Origin: Alphaproteobacteria bacterium
GTDB lineage: Bacteria; Pseudomonadota; Alphaproteobacteria; RF32; CAG-239
Direction of reading: 5' to 3'
Assembly: GCA_015062305.1 (NCBI GenBank)
Contig: SUUX01000001.1
Span: forward strand, 154,808 to 218,807
Length of the DNA stretch: 64,000 bases
In this document: piece by piece, positions 1 through 10,597 of the stretch
How the letters are laid out: each line of letters begins with the position of its first letter
Numbering within the stretch: position 1 is the stretch's first letter
The notes under the pieces: generated by a model
The model's input: only the letters and a program-made list of their open reading frames with translations
What the model was told of the DNA's origin: nothing
Database searches by the model: none
Made by a program: the position numbers and the translations under genes

Positions 1-1
1 G

Positions 2-694
2 GCCGGTGCTTCTTTGAATGATATTGCTCAAGAATATAAATCGACAGTGCAAAAAGCAACAGGAATCAAAGAAGATGGAACAATTAAAAATGTTGCAGAA
101 AAATATAAGAAGATTGTTAGCTCTGCAGACTTTGTAGAAACGGCTTTTTCATATAATCAAGGAGAGGTTTCTCAGGTTATAGAAACGGATAATGGCTTTG
201 TTTTGTTGCAGGTTGATGCAATTAATGAGGCTCACTTGAAAGACTTGTCTGTGGTTCGTCCTATTATTGAAAAAATGTGGAAAGAAAATGAACGTAGTGC
301 AATAGCTCAAGAAATTGTAAACGATGTGAGCCATGATTTGGAAGATGGCGATAGCTTTGTAGATGTGGCTCGTCGCTTTGAGCTTAAACTGCAAACAACT
401 TCCCCTCTAAAAAAAGGACAAGAGTTTGCCGGATTGCCTGCTTATCAGTTGCTTGAAGCATATCAAGAAAAACTTGGACAACCTAAAATATTTGCCAATG
501 ATAATAAAATTATTATTGTTGCCACAAAAAAGGTTGTGCGCAATGCTAACAAGCTTTCTAAAGAAAAGGTAGAAGCTCTGAGAGCTAAGGCTCAATCTGA
601 TTTGACAGAGGAAATGAGTAAAGAGTTGATAGATGCTTATGGTTCTAATTATAAGGTTAGAGTAAAATATAAGTATTTGGGACTAACCGATTAA
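2..694 (+). CDS. PpiD/SurA-like periplasmic chaperone/PPIase, C-terminal part (5' end lies outside the window)
   Basis: The reading frame is open from window position 2; the track start at 14 is an internal TTG. The C-terminal region resembles the PpiD-type chaperone tail. An intrinsic terminator follows the stop. Confidence 0.5.
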   Translation, partial: AGASLNDIAQEYKSTVQKATGIKEDGTIKNVAEKYKKIVSSADFVETAFSYNQGEVSQVIETDNGFVLLQVDAINEAHLKDLSVVRPIIEKMWKENERSAIAQEIVNDVSHDLEDGDSFVDVARRFELKLQTTSPLKKGQEFAGLPAYQLLEAYQEKLGQPKIFANDNKIIIVATKKVVRNANKLSKEKVEALRAKAQSDLTEEMSKELIDAYGSNYKVRVKYKYLGLTD

Positions 695-710
695 AATATC
701 TGCAATCAAA

Positions 711-738
711 AAAGAGGGATTTTCCCTCTTTTTTTTGA
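711..738 (+). terminator. Intrinsic terminator
   Basis: Stem AGAGGGA (713-719) pairs with TCCCTCT (723-729), followed by a T-run to 738. Confidence 0.75.
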
Positions 739-824
739 CTTATGCAACACCTTTGATCAATCTCTTGTTTTTGTTTTTTTTGGTGATATAGTCGCCATAT
801 ATTATGATTGTGTTGAGGTGAATA

Positions 825-1427
825 ATGTTAGGTGTTTTTAATTTTCAAGAATTTGTAAGTGCTTTTTTTGTATTATTTGCAATTATTGATATTGTTGGTT
901 CTATACCAATTATATTGGCGCTAAAAAAACGCAAACACCAAATAAAGGCAGGCAAAGCTACTCTGTTATCTTTTTTGATGTTTGTGATATTCTTTTTTGT
1001 CGGAGAAGCCTTTTTGCGTTTGTTTAACGTAGATATTGCTTCCTTTGCTATTGCAGGTTCTTTAATTGTATTTGTGATGGCTTTGGAGATGATATTAGAC
1101 ATTCAGATTTTTCAAGAAACAGAAGATTCTCCCAAGGATTCAACATTTTTTCCGGTGGTGTTTCCACTGATTGCGGGGGCTGGTTCACTGACAACCCTCA
1201 TCTCTATCAGATCTGAGTTTGATAATATAAATATCTTTTTGGCTGTACTGGCAAATATGGTAGTGATTTATTTGATTCTGAAATTAACTAAGAAAATTGA
1301 ACAAATACTGAGTATCGGTATTTTGTATATGATTAGAAAGTTTTTTGGAATCATTCTTATGGCAATCGCTGTTAAATTGTTTACCAGCAACTTGGCATAT
1401 TTAATTGATACATATATGAACAGATAA
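825..1427 (+). CDS. MarC family integral membrane protein
   Basis: 200-aa polytopic membrane ORF with MarC-like N-terminus (FVSAFFVLFAIIDIVGSIPI). ATG start with GAGGTG upstream. Confidence 0.7.
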   Translation: MLGVFNFQEFVSAFFVLFAIIDIVGSIPIILALKKRKHQIKAGKATLLSFLMFVIFFFVGEAFLRLFNVDIASFAIAGSLIVFVMALEMILDIQIFQETEDSPKDSTFFPVVFPLIAGAGSLTTLISIRSEFDNINIFLAVLANMVVIYLILKLTKKIEQILSIGILYMIRKFFGIILMAIAVKLFTSNLAYLIDTYMNR

Positions 1428-1431
1428 TATA

Positions 1432-2139
1432 TTATCCCAAATTGTGCAGATGCAAATGCTGTGCAAAGCTGAAGTTGTTGTTACGGCTGATAATCAGATG
1501 GTCTAGAAGTCTTATTCCGATTGAGGATAAGGCTTCTTCTATTTTTTTGGTCATTTCAATGTCGGCCTTAGATGGTTGAACATTACCAGATGGGTGATTG
1601 TGAACCATAATAACAGAAGATGCATGATTGTTCATCACAAGTTTGACAATTTCTCTGGGATGAACTGCCACACTATTTATTGTACCTTTCTGAGCAATAT
1701 CTTGCCCCAAAACACGAAGACTGCTATCTAAGTATATTAAACGCAACTCTTCTACATCTGAAAAACACATAGATGTTCGACAATAATCAACCAACGAATC
1801 GAAATTGGATATGATCGGACCTTCAAATGATTTGAGATTTTGCCACGATGTGCGTTGTGCTGCCACATTGACAATTTTGAATACGGTGAGAGTGCCTTCT
1901 TTTATTCCCTTTACAGACAACAAATCTTCTGCTGGGGCGTTTATGACATTGGCAAAACTTCCAAACTTGGCTATCAATTGTTTGGCTAACGGTTTAACAT
2001 CTTTTCTGGGCAAAGCAATTGTGAGAAGCAACTCCAGAAGCTCATAATCGGCCATATCTCGCCCCTCACCCAACAGAAAACGTTGACGCAAGCGCTCTCT
2101 GTGCCCAAGGTAATCTGGTTTGTTCTCTCTGTTCATCAT
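1432..2139 (-). CDS. radC: RadC-family (JAB/MPN domain) protein
   Basis: Contains LGHRERLRQRF, an HhH region, and the JAB motif HNHPSG..PS..D. Confidence 0.85.
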   Translation of the reverse strand: MMNRENKPDYLGHRERLRQRFLLGEGRDMADYELLELLLTIALPRKDVKPLAKQLIAKFGSFANVINAPAEDLLSVKGIKEGTLTVFKIVNVAAQRTSWQNLKSFEGPIISNFDSLVDYCRTSMCFSDVEELRLIYLDSSLRVLGQDIAQKGTINSVAVHPREIVKLVMNNHASSVIMVHNHPSGNVQPSKADIEMTKKIEEALSSIGIRLLDHLIISRNNNFSFAQHLHLHNLG

Positions 2140-2151
2140 TAGTCCTGTTTT

Positions 2152-2955
2152 TTATAGTTTGTATGGAGGCTTGTCCAAACCTTTTGGAGAAAAAGTAAAT
2201 ACCTCACAGCCATCTGAAGTAACCCCCAAAGAATGCTCAAACTGAGCAGAAAGGCTCTTATCTCTGGTTGTGGCAGTCCAACCATTTTGCAAAATTATAC
2301 CATCTGGCTTGCCAATATTTATCATAGGCTCAATAGTGAAAAACATACCTTCTTCTATTAGAGCTCCGGTACCTTTGCGCCCAAAGTGCAATACATTTGG
2401 CTCATCATGGAATACCTGCCCCAAGCCATGACCGCAAAACATCTCCACAACAGAATACCCATATTTGTGTGCATATTCTTCTATCACAGCCCCAATATCT
2501 CCCATGCGGGCTCCGGGCTTGACTACATCTATGGCGCGCATTAGACACTCATAAGTTACTTCACACAAGCGCTTGGCTTTTATCTTTGGATTGCCGACAT
2601 AATACATACGGCTAGTATCGCCATACCAGCCATCTACAATTACTGTGACATCTATGTTTATGATATCGCCATCTACAAGCTTGCGTTCATCTGGTATGCC
2701 ATGACAAATAACATGGTTAATAGAGGTGCAAATGGTTTTGGGATAACCATGGTACCCCAAACAAGCTGGAACAGCGTGATGGTCCAAAATAAATTTATTG
2801 CATAAATTGTCTAGTTCTTCGGTAGACACGCCAACTTGTACATAGGGAGTTATAAAATCCAGACATTCGGCAGCCAATTTGCCGGCAACTCGCATTTTGG
2901 CAAAATCTGCCGGATCATCATGTATTAGGATGCCATCTTTGCGTTTGTATGACAC
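2152..2955 (-). CDS. map: Type I methionine aminopeptidase
   Basis: MetAP motifs are present (MRVAGKLAAE, DGWYGDTSRMY, FCGHGLG, FTIEPM). I prefer the GTG start at 2955, which has GAAAGGA 6 nt upstream and lies 13 nt after the sfsA stop, over the track start at 3006. Confidence 0.85.
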   Translation of the reverse strand: MSYKRKDGILIHDDPADFAKMRVAGKLAAECLDFITPYVQVGVSTEELDNLCNKFILDHHAVPACLGYHGYPKTICTSINHVICHGIPDERKLVDGDIINIDVTVIVDGWYGDTSRMYYVGNPKIKAKRLCEVTYECLMRAIDVVKPGARMGDIGAVIEEYAHKYGYSVVEMFCGHGLGQVFHDEPNVLHFGRKGTGALIEEGMFFTIEPMINIGKPDGIILQNGWTATTRDKSLSAQFEHSLGVTSDGCEVFTFSPKGLDKPPYKL

Positions 2956-2968
2956 AACTATTCCTTTC

Positions 2969-3664
2969 TTAGTATAAAATTGGTATGCTTTGAGATATTG
3001 ATACACTTTTTTTATCTATTTTGCAACCATAACCAATAAACTTGAGGCCTTTTTTTGCTTCTTCAAACAATTTGGCGGCAGCTAGTGGTGAGTGCTTCCA
3101 GCTAAACTGCATTTGAGAGCAATCTTGACGAGGTACAATCATCACAGCATAGGTATTGTGACCTGCTGCTTGAAGTTGATTCATCTCTTCAAACATCTCT
3201 AGCTCAAAAAAATTCACTTCCATAGGGAAAACCGCTTTGTCGCCAATTTTATGGTATACATTAGTAACAAATATGTAGGCTTTTTCTCCATTGGCTTTGC
3301 TTAGCTCAAAATCAATATGAGAAAGGTTGTCTTCTGCTTCCAGTTTGCGACACTCGGTATATTCGGAAAACTCAGGCAACAAGCCAGCCCAAAAGGCTTC
3401 TTGAAAAAGATCGTTATTATTGTTGGGGCAAGCATAAATTAGGCTTTGTTCTTGCTCTACAAAAACAAGTATCCATTTGACGTGTCTGGATTGATTGATG
3501 TTTTTTGATATATATATGGTTGTGTTTGGGGTACACATTTGTACAACATCAAGAGCTGAGCAAAACACGGCAACATTTTCGCCAGTTTCGGTGTTGGCAT
3601 CTATTATTACTCCATTGTAGCGGCCAATTACCTTAGCTCGTATCAGTTCTCTATCATATTTCAT
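2969..3664 (-). CDS. sfsA: SfsA-like (sugar fermentation stimulation / nuclease-fold) protein, divergent
   Basis: Length (231 aa) and pattern match SfsA: RA.VIGRY, CPN-like, IDF.L, FPM, C-terminal G..F.GY. Start trimmed to the ATG at 3664, which has GAAAGG upstream. Confidence 0.55.
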   Translation of the reverse strand: MKYDRELIRAKVIGRYNGVIIDANTETGENVAVFCSALDVVQMCTPNTTIYISKNINQSRHVKWILVFVEQEQSLIYACPNNNNDLFQEAFWAGLLPEFSEYTECRKLEAEDNLSHIDFELSKANGEKAYIFVTNVYHKIGDKAVFPMEVNFFELEMFEEMNQLQAAGHNTYAVMIVPRQDCSQMQFSWKHSPLAAAKLFEEAKKGLKFIGYGCKIDKKSVSISQSIPILY

Positions 3665-3817
3665 CTGTGACCTTTCTGCAATTGATGAGAGAATATTATA
3701 TCTTTTTATCAATTTGGCAAGAATAAGTATTGTTTTTTTGAAAAAAATTGCTAGACAGAAGCGCAAGTTTGCTATATTTATTGTAAGCTAATATTTTGGA
3801 TTTTGGGAAATAAAAAA

Positions 3818-6442
3818 ATGACAACATCTGTAAAAGAAATTAGAAGTACTTTTTTGAACTACTTTGCAAAGAACGGACATAAAATTATTCCGTCATCTTC
3901 TTTGGTGCCTAATAACGACCCTACCCTAATGTTTACAAATTCGGGAATGGTGCAATTTAAGAACATTTTTACCGGTAATGAAACTGCCCCATTTAAGCGT
4001 GCGACAACTTCCCAAAAATCTGTGCGTGCGGGCGGAAAACATAATGACTTGGACAGTGTTGGATATGATGTGCGCCACCATACATTCTTTGAGATGTTGG
4101 GAAACTTCTCTTTTGGAGATTATTTTAAGGATGAGGCAATTGCTTTTGCTTGGGAATTGGTAACTAAAGAGTTTGGCTTGCCTAAAGATAAATTAGCTGT
4201 GACTGTTTTTCACACAGACGAGGTTTCTCGCAATATTTGGCGTAAAGTATCTGGCTTGCCAGAAGATAGAATTATTGGCATCAAAACTAAGGATAACTTT
4301 TGGCAGATGGGCGATACAGGCCCTTGTGGCTATTGTTCTGAAATTTTTTATGACCATGGTGAACAAGTTTGGGGCGGATTGCCCGGTACTCCAGAAGAAG
4401 ACGGCGATAGATGGATAGAAATTTGGAACTTGGTATTTGATGAATTTGAGGACCTGCCTGATGGTAGCCGAATCGAGTTGAAGCAAAAATGTATTGATAC
4501 GGGTATGGGGTTGGAACGTTTTGCCGCTATATTGCAGGGTGTGCATTCCAACTATGATATTGATTTGTTTCAAAACATAATAAAAAGTATTGCAGATATT
4601 GCAAATTCTGATCCCAAAGGGCCATTGCAATCATCTCATAATGTGATTGCAGATCACTTGCGTTCTTCTGCATTTTTGATTGCAGATGGTGTATTACCTT
4701 CTAATGAAGGCAGAGGATATGTGTTGCGCAGAATTATGCGTCGTGCAATGAGACACGCTCATTTGATTGGAGTAAATGAGCCGATGATGTATAAGTTATT
4801 GCCAACATTGCAAAAAGAAATGGGTGAAGCTTATCCGGAATTGTATCAGGCAGAAGATTTGATTAGAGAAACAATAAAACTGGAAGAAGAACGCTTTATC
4901 AAAACCATGGACAAAGGTCTTAAACTATTAGATGAAGAATCTGCAAACCTTAAGGCCGGAGATGTATTTGATGGAGAAACCGCTTTTAGGCTGTATGATA
5001 CATATGGATTCCCTCTGGATTTGACACAAGATGCCTTGAAATCAAGAAATATTGAAGTTGATACCAAAGCATTTGATGCAGCTATGGAAAAACAAAAAGC
5101 TGAAGCTCGTAAAAATTGGGCCGGCTCCGGTGATGCAGGAACCGAAAAAATTTGGTTTGAACTACAAGACAAACTCGGAAATTGTGAATTTTTGGGTTAT
5201 AACACCTTGAAGTCTGATGCTGTGATTTGCGCATTGGTAAAAGATGGAAAAGAAGTTGAAACCGTGAAAGATGGTGACTTCTATTTGTTGGCAAACCAAA
5301 CACCCTTCTATGGTGAAATGGGCGGACAAGTTGGAGATAAGGGTTTGATCTCCAGTGATAAGTTTGAGGCTCAAGTCGTTGATACAAAGAAAAAACTTGA
5401 TGGCCTATATGTGCATGTTTGCAAATTGATTAAAGGAGAAGCCCAATGCGGAGAAACAGCAAATTTTGCAGTTGATGCCGATAATCGTCATGCTATTGAG
5501 GGCAACCATACTGTTACTCACCTATTGCATAAGGCTTTACAAAACAAATACGGCAAAACCGTAACCCAAAAAGGATCTATGGTTGCGGCTGATAGAATGC
5601 GTTTTGACATTGCATATCCCAAACAAATATCTGAAAATGAATTGAGAGAATTGGAAGCAGATGTTAATAAAATGATACGTAACAACCATGCTGTTTGCAC
5701 AAAATTGATGAGCCAAGAAGAAGCTGTGGCAGAAGGTGCTATGGCTCTGTTTGGTGAAAAATATGGTGATGAGGTTAGAGTTGTTTGTGTGGGTGATGGG
5801 TTGTCTAAAGAATTGTGTGGCGGAACCCACGTTAAGCAAACCGGAGATATCGGATATTTTAATATAATCAGTGAGGGAGCTGTTGCTGCAGGTGTCAGAC
5901 GTTTGGAATGTGTAACTGGTGTTGCAGCTGAAAAATATGCCCAAGATATTGAAGATAAACTGCATCGTGTAGGCCAATGTTTGAAAGCAGGTGTTGCAGA
6001 TATTGAAGCTCGTATAAATCAGTTGTTGGAAGAGAAAAAAGAGCTGGAAAATAAATTGTTTGAACTAAAGAAAAAAATGGTGAGCAATAAAACTGCCGAC
6101 AACCAGCAAGATTTTGAAGATGTAAACGGCGTGCGTTTTGTGGCCAAGATTTTGGAAGGTGTGTCTGCTAAAGAATTAAAAGCTTTTGTAGATGATATTA
6201 AGGCACAATATCAAAACAATTTGGTAGTGGCTTTGTTCTCGGTTAATGACGGAAAAGTCTCTTTGGTTATTGGTGTAAGCGATGATTTGAAAGACAAATG
6301 TTCTGCTGTTGACTTGATTAAAAAAGTTGCTCCATTTGTGGGGGCTCAAGGCGGTGGAGGCCGAGCTGATATGGCGCAGACCGGTGGTTCTGATGCTTCT
6401 AGATTAAATGAAGCAATTGGAGCATTACGCTCTGCCATTTAA
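3818..6442 (+). CDS. alaS: Alanine--tRNA ligase
   Basis: Full-length class II AlaRS (FTNSGM, GGKHNDL, editing-domain HTxxHLLH, C-terminal DHHA1 GGGG). ATG at 3818 preferred over TTG at 3803. Confidence 0.95.
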   Translation: MTTSVKEIRSTFLNYFAKNGHKIIPSSSLVPNNDPTLMFTNSGMVQFKNIFTGNETAPFKRATTSQKSVRAGGKHNDLDSVGYDVRHHTFFEMLGNFSFGDYFKDEAIAFAWELVTKEFGLPKDKLAVTVFHTDEVSRNIWRKVSGLPEDRIIGIKTKDNFWQMGDTGPCGYCSEIFYDHGEQVWGGLPGTPEEDGDRWIEIWNLVFDEFEDLPDGSRIELKQKCIDTGMGLERFAAILQGVHSNYDIDLFQNIIKSIADIANSDPKGPLQSSHNVIADHLRSSAFLIADGVLPSNEGRGYVLRRIMRRAMRHAHLIGVNEPMMYKLLPTLQKEMGEAYPELYQAEDLIRETIKLEEERFIKTMDKGLKLLDEESANLKAGDVFDGETAFRLYDTYGFPLDLTQDALKSRNIEVDTKAFDAAMEKQKAEARKNWAGSGDAGTEKIWFELQDKLGNCEFLGYNTLKSDAVICALVKDGKEVETVKDGDFYLLANQTPFYGEMGGQVGDKGLISSDKFEAQVVDTKKKLDGLYVHVCKLIKGEAQCGETANFAVDADNRHAIEGNHTVTHLLHKALQNKYGKTVTQKGSMVAADRMRFDIAYPKQISENELRELEADVNKMIRNNHAVCTKLMSQEEAVAEGAMALFGEKYGDEVRVVCVGDGLSKELCGGTHVKQTGDIGYFNIISEGAVAAGVRRLECVTGVAAEKYAQDIEDKLHRVGQCLKAGVADIEARINQLLEEKKELENKLFELKKKMVSNKTADNQQDFEDVNGVRFVAKILEGVSAKELKAFVDDIKAQYQNNLVVALFSVNDGKVSLVIGVSDDLKDKCSAVDLIKKVAPFVGAQGGGGRADMAQTGGSDASRLNEAIGALRSAI

Positions 6443-6449
6443 GATTGAT

Positions 6450-6480
6450 AAAAAAATCAGCCCATGAGGGCTGATTTTTA
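6450..6480. terminator. Bidirectional intrinsic terminator between convergent alaS and clpX
   Basis: Stem ATCAGCCC pairs with GGGCTGAT, with an A-run on one side and a T-run on the other. Confidence 0.75.
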
Positions 6481-6492
6481 CATAACAATTGG

Positions 6493-7758
6493 TTAAGAGG
6501 CTTTTTTATCGCTTTTATGTGTTATAAACTTTGGTGCCTTCTTTTCGTTTATAACATGTTCATCAATTACGATCTCAGAAACATCTTTTTTATCTGGAAT
6601 GTCGTACATTAGTTCTAACAAATTATCTTCCATAATTGCACGCAGTCCTCTTGCACCTGTTTTGCGCTCAATTGCCTTTTTGGCTATTGCCTTGAGAGCA
6701 CCTTCGGTAAGAGTGAGTTTTACACCTTCCATATCAAACATACAGGTATATTGTTTAACTAATGCATTTTTAGGTTCGGTCAATACTTTTACCAAGGCTT
6801 CTTCATTGAGATCTCCTAATGTGGCTATGATAGGAAGACGACCAACAAACTCCGGTATAAGCCCAAATTTTAATAAATCTTCTGGTTGGACTTCTTTGAT
6901 AATATCTCCAATGCCACGTTCTTCTTTGGCTGCAACTTTGGCTCCAAAACCAATAGAGGTTTCTTTGCCTCGACGGCTGACAATCTTTTCCAATCCGGCA
7001 AAAGCACCGCCGCATATAAACAATATGTTGGTGGTGTCAACGTGCAAAAATTCTTGTTGCGGATGTTTGCGTCCACCTTGAGGAGGAACATTGGCAACGG
7101 TTCCTTCTATAATCTTGAGCAGAGCCTGTTGAACACCCTCGCCTGATACGTCTCTGGTAATTGAAGGACCATCTGTCTTGCGAGTAATCTTATCTATTTC
7201 ATCAATATAAACAATGCCTCTTTGGGCTTTTTCGATATCATAATTTGCATTTTGTACCAATTTAAGGATAATATTCTCAACATCTTCGCCAACATAACCG
7301 GCTTCGGTTAGAGTTGTAGCGTCGGCAATAGCGAAAGGAACATCTAAAATTTTGGCCAAAGTCTGAGCTAATAGTGTTTTTCCGCTACCGGTAGAACCAA
7401 TCAATATCACGTTAGATTTTGCAATTTCTACATCGGAATTGTTTTTTTGAGAATTGAGGCGTTTGTAGTGATTATATACGGCAACAGACAAAACTTTTTT
7501 GGCGTAATCTTGACCAATGACATATTGATCAAGAAACTCTTTTATTTTTGATGGTGTGGGCAATGATTCTGCTGTATTGCCACCTTCTTTGCTTTCTTGT
7601 TCTGCCATCTCATCGGCAACAATATTAATGCAAACCTCGATACATTCATCACAAATATATACACCCCTACCGGCAATGAGTTTTTTTACCTCATTCTGAC
7701 TTTTGCCACAGAAAGAACAATGCAACAAGTCTTCGTTATTTTCGTTTTTATCTGTCAT
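6493..7758 (-). CDS. clpX: ATP-dependent Clp protease ATP-binding subunit ClpX
   Basis: N-terminal zinc finger (CSFCGK...CDEC), Walker A (GSTGSGKT) and IGF-like loop region. Confidence 0.95.
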   Translation of the reverse strand: MTDKNENNEDLLHCSFCGKSQNEVKKLIAGRGVYICDECIEVCINIVADEMAEQESKEGGNTAESLPTPSKIKEFLDQYVIGQDYAKKVLSVAVYNHYKRLNSQKNNSDVEIAKSNVILIGSTGSGKTLLAQTLAKILDVPFAIADATTLTEAGYVGEDVENIILKLVQNANYDIEKAQRGIVYIDEIDKITRKTDGPSITRDVSGEGVQQALLKIIEGTVANVPPQGGRKHPQQEFLHVDTTNILFICGGAFAGLEKIVSRRGKETSIGFGAKVAAKEERGIGDIIKEVQPEDLLKFGLIPEFVGRLPIIATLGDLNEEALVKVLTEPKNALVKQYTCMFDMEGVKLTLTEGALKAIAKKAIERKTGARGLRAIMEDNLLELMYDIPDKKDVSEIVIDEHVINEKKAPKFITHKSDKKAS

Positions 7759-7767
7759 TGTTTGCTC

Positions 7768-8397
7768 CTATTTTAAAATTTCTTCACGAGAAGTTACAAT
7801 GTGATCGATAAGCCCAAATTTTTTGGCCTCTTCCGGTGTCATAAAATTGTCTCGTTCCATAGCTTTTTCGATAACAGAAAGCTTTTGTCCTGTCTTATCG
7901 GCATAAATTTTGTTGAGACGTTTTTTCATGTTTAGGATAAGACGAGTTCTGATTTCCATGTCTGTTGCTTGCCCTTGAAAGCCTCCTGACGGCTGGTGAA
8001 TCATAATCTGAGAGTTTGGCAGAGCAAAACGTTTGCCTTTGGCTCCTGCGGTGAGCAACAATGACCCCATAGAGCAAGCTTGACCAATGCAAAGAGTGTT
8101 AACATCACAACTGATATATTGCATAGTATCAAACATTGCCATGCCTGCGGTTACAGAACCACCAGGTGAATTGATATATAAGAAAATGTCTTTTTTGGGG
8201 TTTTCTGATTCCAAAAACAGCAATTGCGCACAAACCAAAGAGGATACCTCGTCATTGACCTCCCCGGTCAAAAAGATAATACGCTCTTTGAGCAAACGAG
8301 AATAGATATCAAATGAGCGTTCTCCTTTTGATGTTTGCTCAATTACCATCGGCACCAGTGCGCCATCATATATTTCGTGTTCTCTATAGTTTACCAT
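7768..8397 (-). CDS. clpP: ATP-dependent Clp protease proteolytic subunit ClpP
   Basis: Contains [14 protein letters not shown] (active-site Ser) and IMIHQP. Lies immediately upstream of clpX. Confidence 0.95.
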   Translation of the reverse strand: MVNYREHEIYDGALVPMVIEQTSKGERSFDIYSRLLKERIIFLTGEVNDEVSSLVCAQLLFLESENPKKDIFLYINSPGGSVTAGMAMFDTMQYISCDVNTLCIGQACSMGSLLLTAGAKGKRFALPNSQIMIHQPSGGFQGQATDMEIRTRLILNMKKRLNKIYADKTGQKLSVIEKAMERDNFMTPEEAKKFGLIDHIVTSREEILK

Positions 8398-8481
8398 TTT
8401 CTTATCCTTATATTAGTCTGTTATCTGGTAGATACTAATACAATATATTCAAGAAAAAGTTAATATAAATATATTTGCTGA

Positions 8482-9165
8482 TTATTTTTTGATTGCCTGC
8501 AAACAAATATTTTTACCAAGCAATTTTCCTTGTGTCAGACAGTCCAACAAACGGCTAAACGGAAAAATAAATTTATCATAAAACTTGAGATGACGAATAT
8601 TTAGGTTGCCACAACTCCTTGAAAATAACTTGAAAAATAAAGTTGCAAAAAATCCGGCAAAATCAGCATAACGACAATCTACAATATCAAAACCGGCTTG
8701 TGAAACTTTTGATATTAGCTCTTTTTTTGAGTATCGACGATAGTGTCCAACTTTTTTATCCATTGCCGAATACAACAACATGAAAGCGGGAACATATATA
8801 AAAATACGCCCGTGTCTTTTTAATTTTTGGTGCATTTCTGCCAAAACAAAAGTATCGTCTTCTATATGCTCAAGCACATTCAGACTGTATATAAAATCTT
8901 GTGATTTGTCTGACAAATCTTGTAAACTGTTGTGGAGTATAAAACCTTTGAGATGATGGTGCATATTGTGTGCAGGCTCGATACAGATAATATGCTTGTT
9001 GTATTGTTTGGATAGTTTTTTGGCAAAGCACCCATTACCGGCGCCAAAATCAACAATATTGTTTGCAGATGAAGGCATTGTATTAATAATTTTTTTTAAA
9101 AGTAAATTGTTGTAATTATCTGCATATTGCATAACTTCTAAATTTTCTTCACCGGAATATTGCAC
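8482..9165 (-). CDS. Class I SAM-dependent methyltransferase
   Basis: SAM motif I (VDFGAGNG) and post-I region. Last gene of a same-strand envelope-type cluster. Confidence 0.7.
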   Translation of the reverse strand: MQYSGEENLEVMQYADNYNNLLLKKIINTMPSSANNIVDFGAGNGCFAKKLSKQYNKHIICIEPAHNMHHHLKGFILHNSLQDLSDKSQDFIYSLNVLEHIEDDTFVLAEMHQKLKRHGRIFIYVPAFMLLYSAMDKKVGHYRRYSKKELISKVSQAGFDIVDCRYADFAGFFATLFFKLFSRSCGNLNIRHLKFYDKFIFPFSRLLDCLTQGKLLGKNICLQAIKK

Positions 9166-9167
9166 TA

Positions 9168-10583
9168 CTATTCTCCGAATTTATTAGATAAAAAAGAATT
9201 ATAGGTATCACTGTTTTTGAGCAATTCTTGTTCCAATTTTTTGTTTCCCAAGCGTTCCAAAAGTGTCTGTTTTTTATCTGGTGCAAACAATGAAACTCCC
9301 AGCGCTGCTCGGTTGTCTTTAAGTGTGAAGCCCAAACTTTCTAAAATAGTTGGGAAAATATCGACAGCCGTAAATTTGCGTTGTATCTCTGCTGATATTT
9401 TGGATTTAGAGTTTATGAACAAATTGAAAATGGTTCTGTTTTGAGAAGGAAATTTGATATCTGTTCTTTCGAGTTGAGCATCCATAAACAAATGATCTCC
9501 GACTATTACCAATACTGTATTAGCTGAAAAACTTTGCTGATAAAACCACTTTATAAAATCTGCGGCTTGCTTATCTGCACAAGAAACCACGTCATAGAAG
9601 TTATCTTTATCTCCCTTGCAGGTTGCAGGCAACTTGGGAAAAGGAGTGTGCATATCAATGGTTGACATTGCAGCAAAAAATGGTTTTTCATCTTGTGACA
9701 TTTTAATAATTTTATTCTTAAACATCTGATAAACGCTTGAGTCTTCAACTCCCCAAACATCTCGATATATAAGGGGATTTTGTTTGGCGATGCTTAGCTC
9801 ATCTACAATATCTTTATCTGTATAACCATGCGACTTTAGAAAAACATCCATACCGGCAAATTTGGTTGCCCCACCTGTTATATAAAATAAATTATATTCA
9901 TTAGCTTTAAGAATATCAGGCAAACAATATGCATTGCCCAAAAAATCTGTGTTGTTATATAAAACGTTTATCCCTGTTGGCAAGGTTAGAGGAATGCCGC
10001 ACCAGGCGCCAACAATATTGCCCATGGTCCACCAAGTGCCAGATGTATTGTTATAACCAGAAAAAGAATATCCTTTTTGTTGGTAAGCACTCAAATTGGG
10101 AATTAAATTTTTGCCCCACCAGTTTTTATCGGCAAATGTTTCTTCCATGGATTCCATGATCAGCATAATGAGATTTGGTTTCTTTGGGCCGACAAACAAG
10201 GCCTCCGGTTTCACCCAATTGTGGATGTAAAAATCATCTTGTGAATGGCGCAATTTTATATAGTTTATAATATCTAATTTTATAAAAATCAAACATGCTA
10301 AACTCATGGTGATTAAAGTGGTGATTTTGCCTTTGTGTTGAGGAATAATGCGCAGCAAAAGATAATATAAAAGCGCCACACCAACAAATGTTATTGCAAC
10401 AAAAAATAATAAGTTGTGAGTCAATACAACGCCTATAGAAAAAGTATTGACATATTGCAGATGAAACCAAATACCATCAAAAGTTATATTTGTCATATTT
10501 ACTAAATAGGTGGTTAGCACAAAAACCAAACTCAATAGCCATATTGATATATAATATAGAATGTCTTTCCAACCTATATGCAT
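9168..10583 (-). CDS. LtaS/sulfatase-family phospho-transferase (membrane N-terminus plus extracytoplasmic catalytic domain)
   Basis: Several N-terminal TM helices are followed by KKPNLIMLIMES and a DMHTP-type alkaline-phosphatase-superfamily core. Confidence 0.7.
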   Translation of the reverse strand: MHIGWKDILYYISIWLLSLVFVLTTYLVNMTNITFDGIWFHLQYVNTFSIGVVLTHNLLFFVAITFVGVALLYYLLLRIIPQHKGKITTLITMSLACLIFIKLDIINYIKLRHSQDDFYIHNWVKPEALFVGPKKPNLIMLIMESMEETFADKNWWGKNLIPNLSAYQQKGYSFSGYNNTSGTWWTMGNIVGAWCGIPLTLPTGINVLYNNTDFLGNAYCLPDILKANEYNLFYITGGATKFAGMDVFLKSHGYTDKDIVDELSIAKQNPLIYRDVWGVEDSSVYQMFKNKIIKMSQDEKPFFAAMSTIDMHTPFPKLPATCKGDKDNFYDVVSCADKQAADFIKWFYQQSFSANTVLVIVGDHLFMDAQLERTDIKFPSQNRTIFNLFINSKSKISAEIQRKFTAVDIFPTILESLGFTLKDNRAALGVSLFAPDKKQTLLERLGNKKLEQELLKNSDTYNSFLSNKFGE

Positions 10584-10597
10584 GCATTTTCTCTTAA

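Noticed and set aside
2956-3006. Track starts for map (3006), sfsA (3766), sspB (17452), fabH (25566), slt (63596), adk (43376) and others
   Set aside because: These are the longest-ORF starts. Each was moved to an internal start with a Shine-Dalgarno and/or family-consistent N-terminus, and to avoid overlap with upstream genes, ssrA or promoter boxes.
4193-5977. Numerous 60-175-aa ORFs antisense or out of frame within alaS, clpX, mfd, recG, the permease genes and others
   Set aside because: They are fully embedded in strongly supported genes, lack starts with a Shine-Dalgarno, and have low-complexity or odd composition. These are typical shadow ORFs.
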